A DNA stretch of 58,069 nt, counting the filler, from Basidiobolus ranarum (taxonomy: Eukaryota), in NCBI GenBank assembly GCA_040143965.1. It is 8 parts of 8 records of this genome, joined end to end, with 100 filler letters (N's around TTAATTAATTAA, not from the genome) between each part and the next. Parts side by side here need not be neighbours in the genome. Positions count along the whole stretch, not along the records: positions 1 to 7,190 come from JASJQH010001165.1; positions 7,291 to 14,477 come from JASJQH010001166.1; 6 more parts are not named here. One strand, given 5' to 3'. The notes under the pieces were generated by a model, which made no database searches, was not told the origin of the DNA, and worked only from the letters and a program-made list of their open reading frames with translations. The position numbers and the translations under genes are program-made. Of this stretch, positions 1 to 12,100 are shown one piece after another; within the stretch, counting starts at the first letter, position 1, and the number at the start of each line of letters is the position of its first letter.

Positions 1-1
1 A

Positions 2-52
2 GCCAATGCCAAGGTTTGTTTGAAGAATGTCCTTGGTGGTCTCGGTCTCTAG
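2..52 (+). CDS. possible 3' end of a coding sequence cut by the contig start (...ANAKVCLKNVLGGLGL*)
   Basis: Open frame from position 2 to TAG at 50-52 with C/T-ending codons like those of the transketolase gene, followed by AT-rich UTR-like sequence. Too short to identify. Confidence 0.3.
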   Translation, partial: ANAKVCLKNVLGGLGL

Positions 53-479
53 TTATTGTAGGTCACCAAGACGGAAGAGCCTATTTTCCCAATCAAAAGT
101 GAACACCTAGACTATTTAGTAATAATCATTTTAACATCTCAATTGGCTTTGCACACCTCAATAAGATTAGCATTCCATTAAACCCAAATAAAGTATTCTC
201 AATAACTGACATATTCTTCTAACCCTCTTTATCAGATATGATATGGCCAGTAAAACAAGTTCAAATAGACACTTGAGATGTATATATAAAGTAGGGTTTA
301 TTTTAGGTAAAATTAGTCAACTTAGGATACCAAGATGGGTTTTTGGATTAAATTTAAATACAAAGATGGGCAAGAAAAGAGAGTAAGGTAGTTCCCACCA
401 TACCATATATTCAATCGGGATGTACTAGTAAGAAGTGCTGATCACTTACTCATTAGAGACTTGCTTCGGTTCTAATGAT

Positions 480-2513
480 TTAGAATGGCTTGACTAAGAG
501 ATAAGGAAGTGGCTCACTCTTATAGAATTCGATGGTCTTGGCTGCCTTGTCAGCAATGGCACTAGGAGTGATTCCGAATTTCTCATAGAGTTGGTCAGCA
601 GGGGCGGAAGCACCAAATGTGGTCATACCAATGGAGACATGGGCATACTTTGTCCAGCCAAATGTGCTCATGGCTTCAACACTGATCACTGGGACACCAC
701 GAGGGAATACAGATTCTTTGTAGGACTGCTCCTGTTCGTCAAAGAGCTCCATAGAAGGCATGGAAACGATACGGGCCTTGATGTTGGATTTGGCTAACTC
801 CTCGCTAGCTTCAACACAAATGGAAACCTCTGAACCGGTAGCAACCAAAACAACTTCTGGGTTAGCAACTTCATTCAATACATAGGCACCCTTCAAAGTT
901 TTCTCGATGGAAGAACCGGCGAGATGTGGAAGGTTCTGACGAGAGAGAGCAAGAACACTGGGGCGTTGCTTGTTTTCAATAGCAGCTAAGTAAGCTCCAG
1001 AAACTTCATTTCCATCAGCGGGTCTGAACACCAAGGTGTTGGGAGTAGCACGAAGAGAAGTCAAGGTTTCAATGGGTTGATGTGTAGGTCCATCTTCACC
1101 CAAACCAATGGAATCATGGGTCATGACATAAATGACACGCAAGTGTGAGAGCGCGGCGAGACGGGTGGCACCCAAAGCGTAAGAAATAAAGTTCAAGAAA
1201 GTAGAACAGAATGGAATGAAACCTCCATAAGCGGTAATACCGTTACAAATAGCAGCCATACCGTGTTCACGGACACCGAATCGAATATAACGACCGGCAT
1301 AGTTACCTAACTCGGTACTCTCATGTTGGAAGTCAACAGCTGACTTCCATCTAGTTAAGTTGGAATGGGTAAGATCGGCAGAACCACCAACCAATTCTGG
1401 AATAACTTCAGCAATTTTGTTCAAAGCGATCTCAGAGAGCTTTCTGGTGGCTACTGCGGGATCGGCAGGAGTGTATCTTGGAAGAGCACTCTCCCATCCC
1501 TTGGGGAGTTCGTTTCCAACACGACGCTTGAGTTCTTGAGCAAGTTCTGGGTATTGTTGAGTATATTTCTCGAACATCACATTCCACTCCTCTTCACGTT
1601 GACTTCCTTGTTTGTGAACGTTACTGTAGAGCTCTCTTACCTCTTGAGGGACGATAAAGCTCTGAGCAGGATCGAAGCCAAACTTAGTCTTGAGTTGTGC
1701 CAAGTCATCATTACTCAATGGAGCACCATGGACCTTCTCACTTCCTTGTAAGAGGGAGCCATATCCGATGACAGTACGGATCTTAATCAAAGTTGGCTTT
1801 TCAGTGACCTTCTTGGCCTCCATGATAGCGTTGGTGAGGGCTTCAAAGTCGTTATCTCCATCCTCTACGACGAGTGTATGCCATCCGTATGACTCGAAGC
1901 GTTTGCACACATCTTCGGTGAAGGCTACGTCGGTGCTACCATCGATTTGAATCTTGTTATCATCATATAAAGCGATCAATTTTCCAAGTTTGAGATGTCC
2001 GGCTAAAGAAGCAGCCTCGGCGGAAACACCCTCCTGTAAACAACCATCACCAAGGATGGTGTAGGTATAATTGTCAACTACTGGGAATCCATCTCTGTTG
2101 AAGGTAGCAGCAGTGTTGGCTTCAGCAATAGCAAGACCGACAGCGTTAGCAATACCTTGTCCCAAAGGACCAGTGGTGACCTCAATACCTTCGGTCATGA
2201 AGTTTTCGGGATGACCGGGACATTTTGAGTTCATCTGTCTGAATGACTTGAGATCATCCATGGTGACGTTGTAACCGAGGAGATGGAGTAAAACATATTG
2301 CAAAGCGCAACCGTGTCCGTTAGAGAGAACGAAACGATCACGGGAGATCCATTTGGGGTTGGATGGGTTGAGCTTCATGAACTTGGAAAAAAGAACATGA
2401 GCCATGGCAGCACAGCCCATAGGGGCGCCAGGATGACCAGAGTTAGCTTTTTTAACAATATCAGCTGCGAGAGCACGAATTGTGTTTGTGGAGAGGGTGT
2501 CAATATCCAACAT
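480..2513 (-). CDS. TKL1: transketolase (intronless, 677 aa from ATG at 2513)
   Basis: Motifs SGHPGAPMG, DRFVLSNGH, GIEVTTGPLGQG, ThDP-binding GDGCLQEG...DDN, FGVREHGM and THDSIGLGEDGPTHQP. The first ATG is at 2511-2513; the ORF-track start is a non-ATG codon. Confidence 0.97.
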   Translation of the reverse strand: MLDIDTLSTNTIRALAADIVKKANSGHPGAPMGCAAMAHVLFSKFMKLNPSNPKWISRDRFVLSNGHGCALQYVLLHLLGYNVTMDDLKSFRQMNSKCPGHPENFMTEGIEVTTGPLGQGIANAVGLAIAEANTAATFNRDGFPVVDNYTYTILGDGCLQEGVSAEAASLAGHLKLGKLIALYDDNKIQIDGSTDVAFTEDVCKRFESYGWHTLVVEDGDNDFEALTNAIMEAKKVTEKPTLIKIRTVIGYGSLLQGSEKVHGAPLSNDDLAQLKTKFGFDPAQSFIVPQEVRELYSNVHKQGSQREEEWNVMFEKYTQQYPELAQELKRRVGNELPKGWESALPRYTPADPAVATRKLSEIALNKIAEVIPELVGGSADLTHSNLTRWKSAVDFQHESTELGNYAGRYIRFGVREHGMAAICNGITAYGGFIPFCSTFLNFISYALGATRLAALSHLRVIYVMTHDSIGLGEDGPTHQPIETLTSLRATPNTLVFRPADGNEVSGAYLAAIENKQRPSVLALSRQNLPHLAGSSIEKTLKGAYVLNEVANPEVVLVATGSEVSICVEASEELAKSNIKARIVSMPSMELFDEQEQSYKESVFPRGVPVISVEAMSTFGWTKYAHVSIGMTTFGASAPADQLYEKFGITPSAIADKAAKTIEFYKSEPLPYLLVKPF

Positions 2514-4558
2514 TGTATATGAGATCGGTAGAGACACAGCAGGAGTTTCTGGTTCTTTATAAGCACTTCAAATCAAGGGACACGGATCCATTTTGGGATG
2601 GCCATAGACATTCACTTGGAAATTCCGAGCATTGAAGTACTTAATCTAACTTTGTTTTTGAAGCCACCATATCATACCAAACTTTTTTTCAATCTACGCT
2701 ATCTTCTACTTTCGTACTTGCTTACCTAAACCCTCGGTCTCGATTCAACAAATGAATCTTTTTTGGTGACATTATTCTACCATATTTGTCCGTATTTGTC
2801 TATATCACTCGTCATTGGCCATTCTCAAAGATAACACACATTCAACCAATGGAATGTTTTTGCCAATTAGTAATGAAACATCGCCTCCGCCTCCTTATTG
2901 TTTGATCTTCGACTCTACGATTAGTTTACGTGGCTAGATAGAACCCCATTCTCCATTCCCCAATTTGAATTCTCTATCAATGCCTAATGCTCTGGAACTT
3001 AGAGATTAAGCACCCTCTTAATCATACTTTTAACCATGACCTTGGCATTAGTCTATGCTGGCGACTCTCGGAATCTATTCCAAGTGTGTTTATTTGCTAT
3101 TTCTACAGTAATCAAGAAAAGCAAAAATACTGGAAAGAGTGGTTTCAAGTGAATAGATAAAAGATTAAGCCCAAAGAGAAATATGATTAGTCTACATGGG
3201 CATGGGTGAATTTGAGAGAGTAAGTGGGTGCTATCGGTAAGAAGAGAGAATGATGCAAGTTCAAAAGAAACCTTAGTAAAGGTACGAGGACAAAAACCGA
3301 GGTTACAAAATATAGAAAATATAGTGTAGTGAAATAGATTATGTAGGGAAAATTAGTTAGGAGCATAGGACGTCAATAGGTCAATAAATAAAGTTGAGCA
3401 ATTTGACAAACTCAACTATAGCAACTCAGTTAGAAAAGAGTGATAGGTAAAAGGACTCCCTCGGAAAGGGTAAATGCGAAAAATAAGTGAGCGAAGCGAA
3501 CATATAATATAATTGATACCAATTGCGTAAACTACATAACAGTACACACGCAATTGCTACTTGTATTTGGTGCATATGGATCATCTTTTCTCTCCACTGG
3601 TCCCCATACGGAAGGAAGCAAAGGATCCCGTGTGCACTTTGTGAATTTTACCAAACTGTGGAATATGAAATTAGTTGTTTGAAAATAATACAAAAGGAGA
3701 AACATTTACTTACGACATACTAGCTTCACTAACTGTAGCGCGTGGTACGTTAAGCTGCTCCCGAAGACGAGTGTTATTCTCGAGAATTTTCTTCAGTTTG
3801 TTTTCACTCATCATTATTTGCAAAAAAACGGTGGAGGTGTTGGTTGGAGTCAATTGAAGGTAAATATACAGAGTTTATGGTGCAACTATATAACTTCTTA
3901 ACAGTAGCTAGTTTCTCGCAATGAAATGAGGAATAAGGTAAACGAAAGAGAAAGGAATATCAAGAAGTTCCTATATGCTTATAACCCCACCACTAAATAT
4001 GCGACACTCTACTCGATAAGGAAAAATTATATAAAGCACTTAGCACATATACTCAGTGTTTGGTAGGACGAGTTGGTTTATTTAAACAAAGAAGTTTTCA
4101 TTCAATATTGCAAGATTTAATCACTATAACAACCTACTGGATGATTGGTTTGTTGTAAATTAGTACTCGCTCACATTGGCTCTACCGACACTAGAGTCTG
4201 CTAATATAACTCGCGTAACACGTTACAGAAATTCATTTGCTGACTGATTGCAATGGTAAAAGCTATATGCCTACATGTCACAAGGCGGCCATAGCAGCTG
4301 AATATATATATAGGAACACTATATTACCGGGATTATATCATCGGTATTACATTGCCAGTATTATGTGCATATTAGCATTCTAGCCTGTTGTTGAATATCT
4401 CCAAAAATAGCCACTTATTTAGGGTTAGATTAGCTCTTGAGCCCACGAACCTAGATCCAAATCATGTTTTATACTTAGCTTTGTATCTGTGAAACTCTAT
4501 TTCCAACCTTATCTACTTAAAGTCGTAACATCTCATTATTTGAACAGTTCCTTTCAAA

Positions 4559-6812
4559 ATGACTTTAAGGGAGAACGTACTTTATACACCACTAGAGGTG
4601 CAGGAAGAGGGTACAAATAAAAAACCTCATCAACTTCCGCCTTCTCCTTCGAGGTGGAAAACTCCTGAATTCTACTGTTATTATCTCTTATACCTGATCG
4701 TTATTCCATATATACTAAAGGTTGCATATAACATAAGCTCAGGTATGTTACATACTTGTCTTCAAGCTTTGTGGATTTGTCGACTCAAAAACTATTTCTA
4801 GAATCGCATCCCAACTACTATCAATATGCCGGTAGCCTATCCAAAGGCTGGTTGTTTGGAAGAAGCGTGGTATGTATCACTATCAATATCTTTACTCCTG
4901 GTAACTGTCTCTTATTTACGTCTACTTTTTAGGATAATAGCGACGGGCAATTCGCTTCCTTCAGAAACAATTATTTCTATATTGGAGGATGCATGGTTAT
5001 ATATATCGTTTGTGGACAGGGGGTCAAGTACCTGAGTCGCAGCATTTTCTCTTCCCAACAGATGTGTCTACGGATTTTCTTTTCCTTGTTCTTTTCGTTT
5101 GCCTTCATCAGTTTCATTTATGGAGCCAACATCATCAAAATATTGGTTCTGGTGACCGTTAATTATCTACTGGCGAAATTGTGCGGTAGAAGTCGTATAA
5201 GTCCATTTGTCACTTGGTTATTTAACATAACCGTGCTCTTTGCTAATGAGAGATATCATGGGTATACATTCAGTATGTTCAGTGAGCGTTTAGCATATTT
5301 GGTGAGTATCTATTGAAACATTAGCGGGAAACTTCAAACGTAACTAATCTAGTAAACACAAACAGGATCAATATAGTGGAGTTATGAGATGGTATATCCT
5401 CTTCAATATCAGCACACTAAGAATGATATCATTCAACATGGATTATTACTGGAGTCACAGCAGTCGAAAGCGCGTCACTCAATCCACTGAGGTACCTTCC
5501 ATAGCATTAAGATTTTCCTATCTACATCTAACATACTATCTTAGGATGGGATTGAAGAGACATTTGCGAACGAGAGAGATCGCATAGAAACCTCGCATCT
5601 ACCTAGCGATTATAATTTCATATACTATTTAACGTATGTCTTTTACACCCCGCTTTACATGGCCGGTCCGATTATTACTTTTAATAATTTCATCTCTCAA
5701 GTAAGACATTTACCTCCTTTAAACGCTCTATTTTAATTGTTATTGACTGTTACCATCAAGCTTCGATTCCCCTGCAAAACAATCACCGTCAAATCCACCC
5801 TTAGATATGGAGCTCGTGTGCTGGGTTCAATATTTTTAATGGAGATAATGCTACATTGCTTCTATGTAGTGGCCATCAGTAGAGCCAAAGCCTGGACCGG
5901 ATACACACCATTGGAGATGAGCATGGTTGGATACCTAAATTTGAAATTAATTTGGCTTAAAGTAAGTTCTGTGGCTGGTATTCATTATTTGATTATGTGC
6001 GCGTACTTACCATATATCCTTACTAGCTCTTAATCATATGGCGGTTTTTCCGCTTTTGGGCCATGGCTGACGGTGTGGAGGTCACTGAAAATATGCTACG
6101 TTGTATGAGTAATAATTACTCAGCTCTCGGATTCTGGAGAAGCTGGCATAGAAGTTACAACAGATGGCTAATTAGGTATCTTCGTTTTTATTGTTGCGTA
6201 TCATTTAAGGGTGGTAGATTAAACCAGTGGAATTTACTCCTAGATATGTATATGTTCCATTGGGTGGCTCGAAGTATCAAGCGTACAATATGTGGTTTGT
6301 GTTTACTTTCGTAGCGTTATGGCATGACATTTCTATGAGGTTACTGGCTTGGGCATGGCTTATTTGCTTATTTATCCTACCCGAGCTCATATGCACCGCT
6401 TCATTTGCGAAGCCCAAGGTAAGTGGGAGATCTCACGTTGTGGTTCAATATTATATCTGACTAACTCTATACATATATCGAATATTTAGTATCAATCTCG
6501 TCCATGGTATCGTCATGTAGCTGGTGTTGGTGGCGTTGCCAATGTGATTCTTATGATGATCGCCAATTTAGTGGGATTCGCAGTTGGTCTTGATGGAGTG
6601 AAAGAAATGTTGATAGGGATATTCAACTTTGATGGTACCATACAGATTATTGAGAAGTATTTCAAGAAACCCATCTAATTTCCATGGTTATTCTTCATGT
6701 AGGGATATTCTTCTTAATCATGACCTTCTTCTCGGTATACGCTACAGTTCAGATAATGTTCGAAGTTAGGGAACATGAACGACGTAAATATGGCAACTAT
6801 TTGAACTATTAA
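4559..6812 (+). CDS. GUP1: GUP1/HHAT-like membrane-bound O-acyltransferase (MBOAT), multi-exon
   Basis: Spliced reading gives RWKTPEFYCYY, SHPNY...[98 protein letters not shown] and FTFVALWHD (catalytic His). Short GT-AG introns (e.g. 4743-4801). Stop TAA at 6810-6812. Confidence 0.92.
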
Positions 6813-7190
6813 CGATCACCTATTCTACTTGTATTCTATTAGATTACTTCTTAATTCATTCTAATCACTGGTCTTTCACTTTCTTCTTCTGAATACTTAA
6901 TGTATAATCTAATCTATCACTCTAGAAGTGAACCAAAACCTTAATGAAACACCACTTGTCTGTTTACATTTAATAAACATTGAGAAGGAAATGCAATCTA
7001 TTGTTACTCTAAGCAAGGGGTCAGGATCAGCGAGGAATGTATGTCTTGGAAAGATGGGTAAGTAATAGGAGAGTTGGCTGAGAATGGATTAACCACCAAA
7101 TTTTCATTCAATTGAAACAATCAATATAAAATATCGAAGTTACAAGAATTTGGATAATAAAATCCAGTTTGCTAGAAATAGGAATGAGTA

Positions 7191-7290
7191 NNNNNNNNNN
7201 NNNNNNNNNNNNNNNNNNNNNNNNNNNNNNNNNNTTAATTAATTAANNNNNNNNNNNNNNNNNNNNNNNNNNNNNNNNNNNNNNNNNNNN
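7191..7290. other. artificial contig linker (N44-TTAATTAATTAA-N44)
   Basis: 100-nt spacer with stops in all six frames. Identical spacers recur at about 7.2 kb intervals. Confidence 0.99.
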
Positions 7291-8298
7291 ACTCGACCAC
7301 CCCACACAGCAACGCCACCATCCGATCACCGCGAAGGGGCTGAGTGTACTGCCACGAATCTGAGCAGCACTGCTAGAGCATTGGAACCCATTCGTTTCTC
7401 GCCCATTAAAAAGAGCCTTCAACCGACTCCATCTCATGTTGACACCTCCAGCATGCATGTTAATCAAGCATCCCTCAAGGCAGCACCTGGCCGTTCCCAT
7501 AGCGCACCCACTTCGAGTCAAAAAACGATCCGATATTCACCTGTTAAGCATTTGTCACGCAAGCAAAGGAAAGCATCAAAGTCTATGTCTTCTACTCATC
7601 AGTTATCTTCCAAATCTGCGAATCCTTCAGGTGAACCTTACCCTCAGCCTCATCATGCATATGAAATCATCGAGAAATCGTTGACGTCTAATACTGAAAA
7701 TAACAAACACTCACGACCCAATCGTAACCAGTCTGAGGTGCCTTCGATTCCAGAACTCACTGATGAAGCGAATGAGGGATCTGATTACGAAAGTTCTGAT
7801 TTTGTGGACTCTCCTGATCGTGGTATTTCTGGATATGCATCAATGAAGATTTCCTGCGCCACCCAAACACCAATCTCCTCCAATAACCTTGAGTCTTCTA
7901 ACGTTAATAAGCAATTATTCGCACATCCCAATCAACGACCCAATGATTTGTTAACTGCTAGTATCTCGCTCCCATCTGCACCAGAAACACTCCAGAAAAA
8001 TCTAGCAGGCGAATCGCAGAATACACCAGATCCAAACATCAATTACACAAAGAGCTCAGACAGCTCATCAACCATCTTCTCATCACAAACATCTCCAATT
8101 CAAGGAAAGATAGTTGGAGTACGAATCCGTAATGGAGTAGTGGAATATCAATACAAATTCCCAACGGTTTGGAAATCATCCAATGAACTTGAAGACCAAG
8201 AAACGCTAATTCAAAATTTCATGGATACCCTGACGAGCAAAACATCCCTTGTTAGGGTTACATCGATCACTTCTAATGACAGTTCTATACAACACTAA
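7291..8298 (+). CDS. 5'-truncated Ser/Pro-rich protein with C-terminal chromodomain-like segment
   Basis: The frame is open from the contig edge (7291) to TAA at 8298. The C-terminal GKIVGVRIRNGVVEYQYKFPTVWKSSNELEDQETLIQNF resembles the chromo consensus EKILDKRVRNGKVEYLVKW...TWEPEENL...LIEEF with the central loop shortened. Confidence 0.55.
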   Translation, partial: TRPPHTATPPSDHREGAECTATNLSSTARALEPIRFSPIKKSLQPTPSHVDTSSMHVNQASLKAAPGRSHSAPTSSQKTIRYSPVKHLSRKQRKASKSMSSTHQLSSKSANPSGEPYPQPHHAYEIIEKSLTSNTENNKHSRPNRNQSEVPSIPELTDEANEGSDYESSDFVDSPDRGISGYASMKISCATQTPISSNNLESSNVNKQLFAHPNQRPNDLLTASISLPSAPETLQKNLAGESQNTPDPNINYTKSSDSSSTIFSSQTSPIQGKIVGVRIRNGVVEYQYKFPTVWKSSNELEDQETLIQNFMDTLTSKTSLVRVTSITSNDSSIQH

Positions 8299-9190
8299 CG
8301 CTTAACTACCTATTAAGCTTTTATGTAGATTCTTCAATGGGGGGGGATTTTTATTTAGTTCCTCTAGTTAAAAAAGATACCGTTTGTACAAAGGTTTATG
8401 AGGAATGTGTTTTCATGTTTTTAGTATATTGCCAAACTTCCTCTTTTGCAAAAATATAGTTCTTCATTGGTGTGTACTTGAATCTTTTGATATCTTTTTG
8501 GCTATCGGATATATATAATGGAATGCTACAATTTTAATATTTCCCGAAATCATTTTTTACTGCTTCTCTACCCTCATAAATAATCACTTTTTCGGAGTAC
8601 AGATTAAGATGTGACTACTTTAATAATAATTCATAGTATTTTCAAATTATTTCGACATTACGATTAGTTTATGATTCAACTCTAGTAATCTAAATAGAAA
8701 TTGAGGGGAAAAAACCAAGATATGATGAATATTCGATGATTTCTCATAAATTTAGAATAATCTCATATCATATCACGAAATAAAAAATTATTAAATATAT
8801 TTCACTCCCTCCACTTTTTCAATTTGATCGTCTCGAACTTGAACGAAATCATAATATAATAAAAGAAAGAAGTATTTTTAAGCTAAATGACATACTAAAC
8901 TTGTGGAAAGGATTAGAGATGGAAGAAGGGCGGGAAGGGAAAGAATGGAGCGGGTTGGAACGGAAAAATACAAGAAAGAACAAGTTGGAGAATGTGAAGT
9001 TACACATAAAAGTAGTGCCCAAAAGAATATTGAAGGAACTAATGACAAAACCAAAGGATTTTCAAATTCAAAATATTGAGTCATTTTTTTCGCAGGTCGG
9101 GTAAACAAAATGGCAAAAACATCAATTATACACAGCAATCAGACCGAGAGAATATAAGAATAAAACAAGTGTGATGGTGATTCTATTTAT

Positions 9191-12100
9191 CTATGAACGC
9201 GCATTATTACTACCAGAAACGGCGGTCCACTGATTAGGTTTTGGTATAGAGGATATTTGCTTATCGCTACCACGATTATCTAGAGGTTTCGGGGGTAAAG
9301 GCGACACTGAATTAATTCCGTAAGGGTCTCGATTTCCACCATCTTTGAATCTATTACTTTCTTCCATACTATTTCGACCATTAAATGGTACAGACGGTGG
9401 AATAGGATAATTATTGGCTCGAAACCCATTATAACGATTCTCTCGATAGTCGGGAGGAACTACACCAAAAGAATTGGGTTTCATTCGACCTGAATACCGA
9501 TTATCTAATTCATATCCTTCGCGACCAAACGGGTAATCGCGATCTCGATATATACCATTGAATCTTCGATAAGAATCACGGGTCCAATCTTTATGTGCTC
9601 GCCCATGATCTTTTTCTCGTTCTCGCTCTCTTTCACGTTCACGTTCACGCATTCTGTCTCGCTCACGCATCCGATCGCGTTGGTATCTATCATCTGACCA
9701 ACACGGTGCCGATGGCACCCCCGCTCCATTCACATTCATGTCACGGTAATCGCGCTCCCGGGCCTCTCGAAAATCGAAGCGATACCCTGGACGATAAGAA
9801 TCACTTCGACGACTAGAGGCAGAGTTGGGACTTGGGTTTGGAGGGCTTGGTCTTTGTCCTTGTCCATAATGCTCACTCTCTCTTTCGTTGAAATTTTTGG
9901 AATAGTCTGCATCTTCTTCTGTATGATCTTCGGGATTGGCAGGATCATATGGCTTGGATTGATGATTGGAAGAAAGCTCAAAAGGATTGGAATGAGTGGT
10001 ACCTGCAGAGTGTGTAGTCTCTCCAGATTTAATGGATGAAGGAGATGGTAATGGAGGGTCGATATCATCAGATTGAGAAATTGGCTCAGAGAGTTTCCGG
10101 TGCTCCTTGAGTCCACTGATATCTTCTTTATCTTTGGAATTGGGTATTTCAAGCGGCTCTGCTGAAATTTCGAATTCTTGGTTTAACCTAGGAGAGGGAG
10201 ATTTGGCCACTGATTCATCTTCTTGCTCTAAACCAACCATATCAACCGAAATATTTTTCACCGGGAAATATTCGGTTTTAGGGACGGGAATAACATCCGC
10301 TTGTTCTACGAATTTTGCAGCTACAATGTTTGAATCTGCGGTTTCTTTCGATATGGAACAAGGGTCCTTCTGATCTTCATTTTCACCATTTTCTCTTTTG
10401 TCATTTTCAACTTTCAATTTAGGCTCAACCGATTTAATCACATTGTCATCTTCACCCTCGATATCTAACTTTGGGGCAGAGGAAAGGCTGATTTCGCGCT
10501 TTCGCTTTAAGTTGTATTCTTGAAGAGATATCTTAACTTTACCGGAGGTAGATGATGTGTTTGGTTCAGTAATATCGCCGTCGGTTTCTAAAATTTCCCC
10601 TTGTTCAGCATTATCAACAACATCTTGTATTTCGCCGGATTTTGGAATGAGTGGCTGATCGTTCGACTCATCTTGCGGTGATTTCTGAGCCTTGCGCAAA
10701 TTTTCTTGGTACTCTTTTAATGAGAGTTTGACTCTGGGAATCACGGCATTGGATTGTTCTTGAACTTCTTTGGGTGATTTTTCATCTAACTTGGAGATAT
10801 CTTGGTTTTGTTGATCAAGTAGGCCGGTAACTTCAGAGCCTTCCCGGATATTTCCTATTAGGCATTGATTATCTATCACGTATTGTTTTTCAACAGTTTC
10901 AGGAGTGGATTCTTTCATTGTCATTTTTTGCTCAGACTTAACTGGTAAAGCACCTAATGATAGATCCTCTTGGACCACTTTTGAGTTTGCGAAGTGTTTC
11001 TCCATTGAAAGCGTTACTTGTGAAATTTGTGTTGATGGTTTGTGGTCGACTCTCGACGTTATGATCTCCGGGCTATCACCAACAACATCAATTTCGACAA
11101 GTTGATGAGGATCAGGGGAGGAGGGAGAAATCATACTATCAGAAGTATTGACGTCGCCAATTAACTCTTTTGATTTCTGTGACTCCGAACGTTCTGTAGG
11201 AATGTCAATCGTAGAATCATCGACCTGGGTATTACTTGATTGTGGTTGATTTAATGAAGGCGTAAGAACTTTTGCGAATGAATGTGAATTCTCGTAAGAA
11301 CCAAGTGACTCTTGTATCTTTTCCATCTTTTTACCACATTCTTCGTTGGATTTTGAAACACCATTGTTAGTTACATTGTTAATATCGACTAGAGAATTGG
11401 AAGAGGGAAAATTTTCAGATGCAATTGTCTCGCCGACTACTTCCGGTTCATCAACAATGATTTTGTCACCTTCAATGTCACCAATAGCTGGACCATCGTT
11501 GAAAACTGCTTTCGGTGTGATTGTATGGATTATATTATCCCGGTCTATGTCAGGCTTTTCGAGTAGTCCATTTTTGATTTGTGTCACCTGGGGGCTAATA
11601 TCACATTCCTGATATCGTTGAATCCAATATTTTTTGAGGCCAACCTTAGCAATATTAGTCTTTTGGCGTTTAGAAGGATTAGAATACCTCTCATCCTCAG
11701 AGGACTGTGTAGGTGAAGAAAATCCTCTTTTATTCAGCTTGTCGTTAGAGCGTATTCGATTATTACTGTGCATGTCTTCATCTGACGAGATGATAGGAGA
11801 TGAGCTATACCTCCCTTTGTATCTTGATTTATATCCTACTTTAACATCACCCTCCAAAGAAACGCTTCCTTCGGATGATGGATATGGGGAGGAATAGGAA
11901 CTAGGGAACTCGGACTCTTTCTGTGATTTACTGGAAATATGAGGAGTTTTGATGGAAGTCACATCCGCTGGAGTGATTCTACGTTTCGGAGGACGACCAG
12001 GCCGCCTTTTAATTTGAGTATTAATAGGAGGTCTACCTACTTTAGCTAGTGTATCTTCACCCGAGAGATCGTCAATATCAAACTCCTCATCGCTGGCCTC

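Noticed and set aside
591-2566. Short overlapping or antisense ORFs on transketolase (likewise on the SET3-like, CAF16-like and xylulokinase genes)
   Set aside because: Shadow ORFs of real coding sequence with no motifs.
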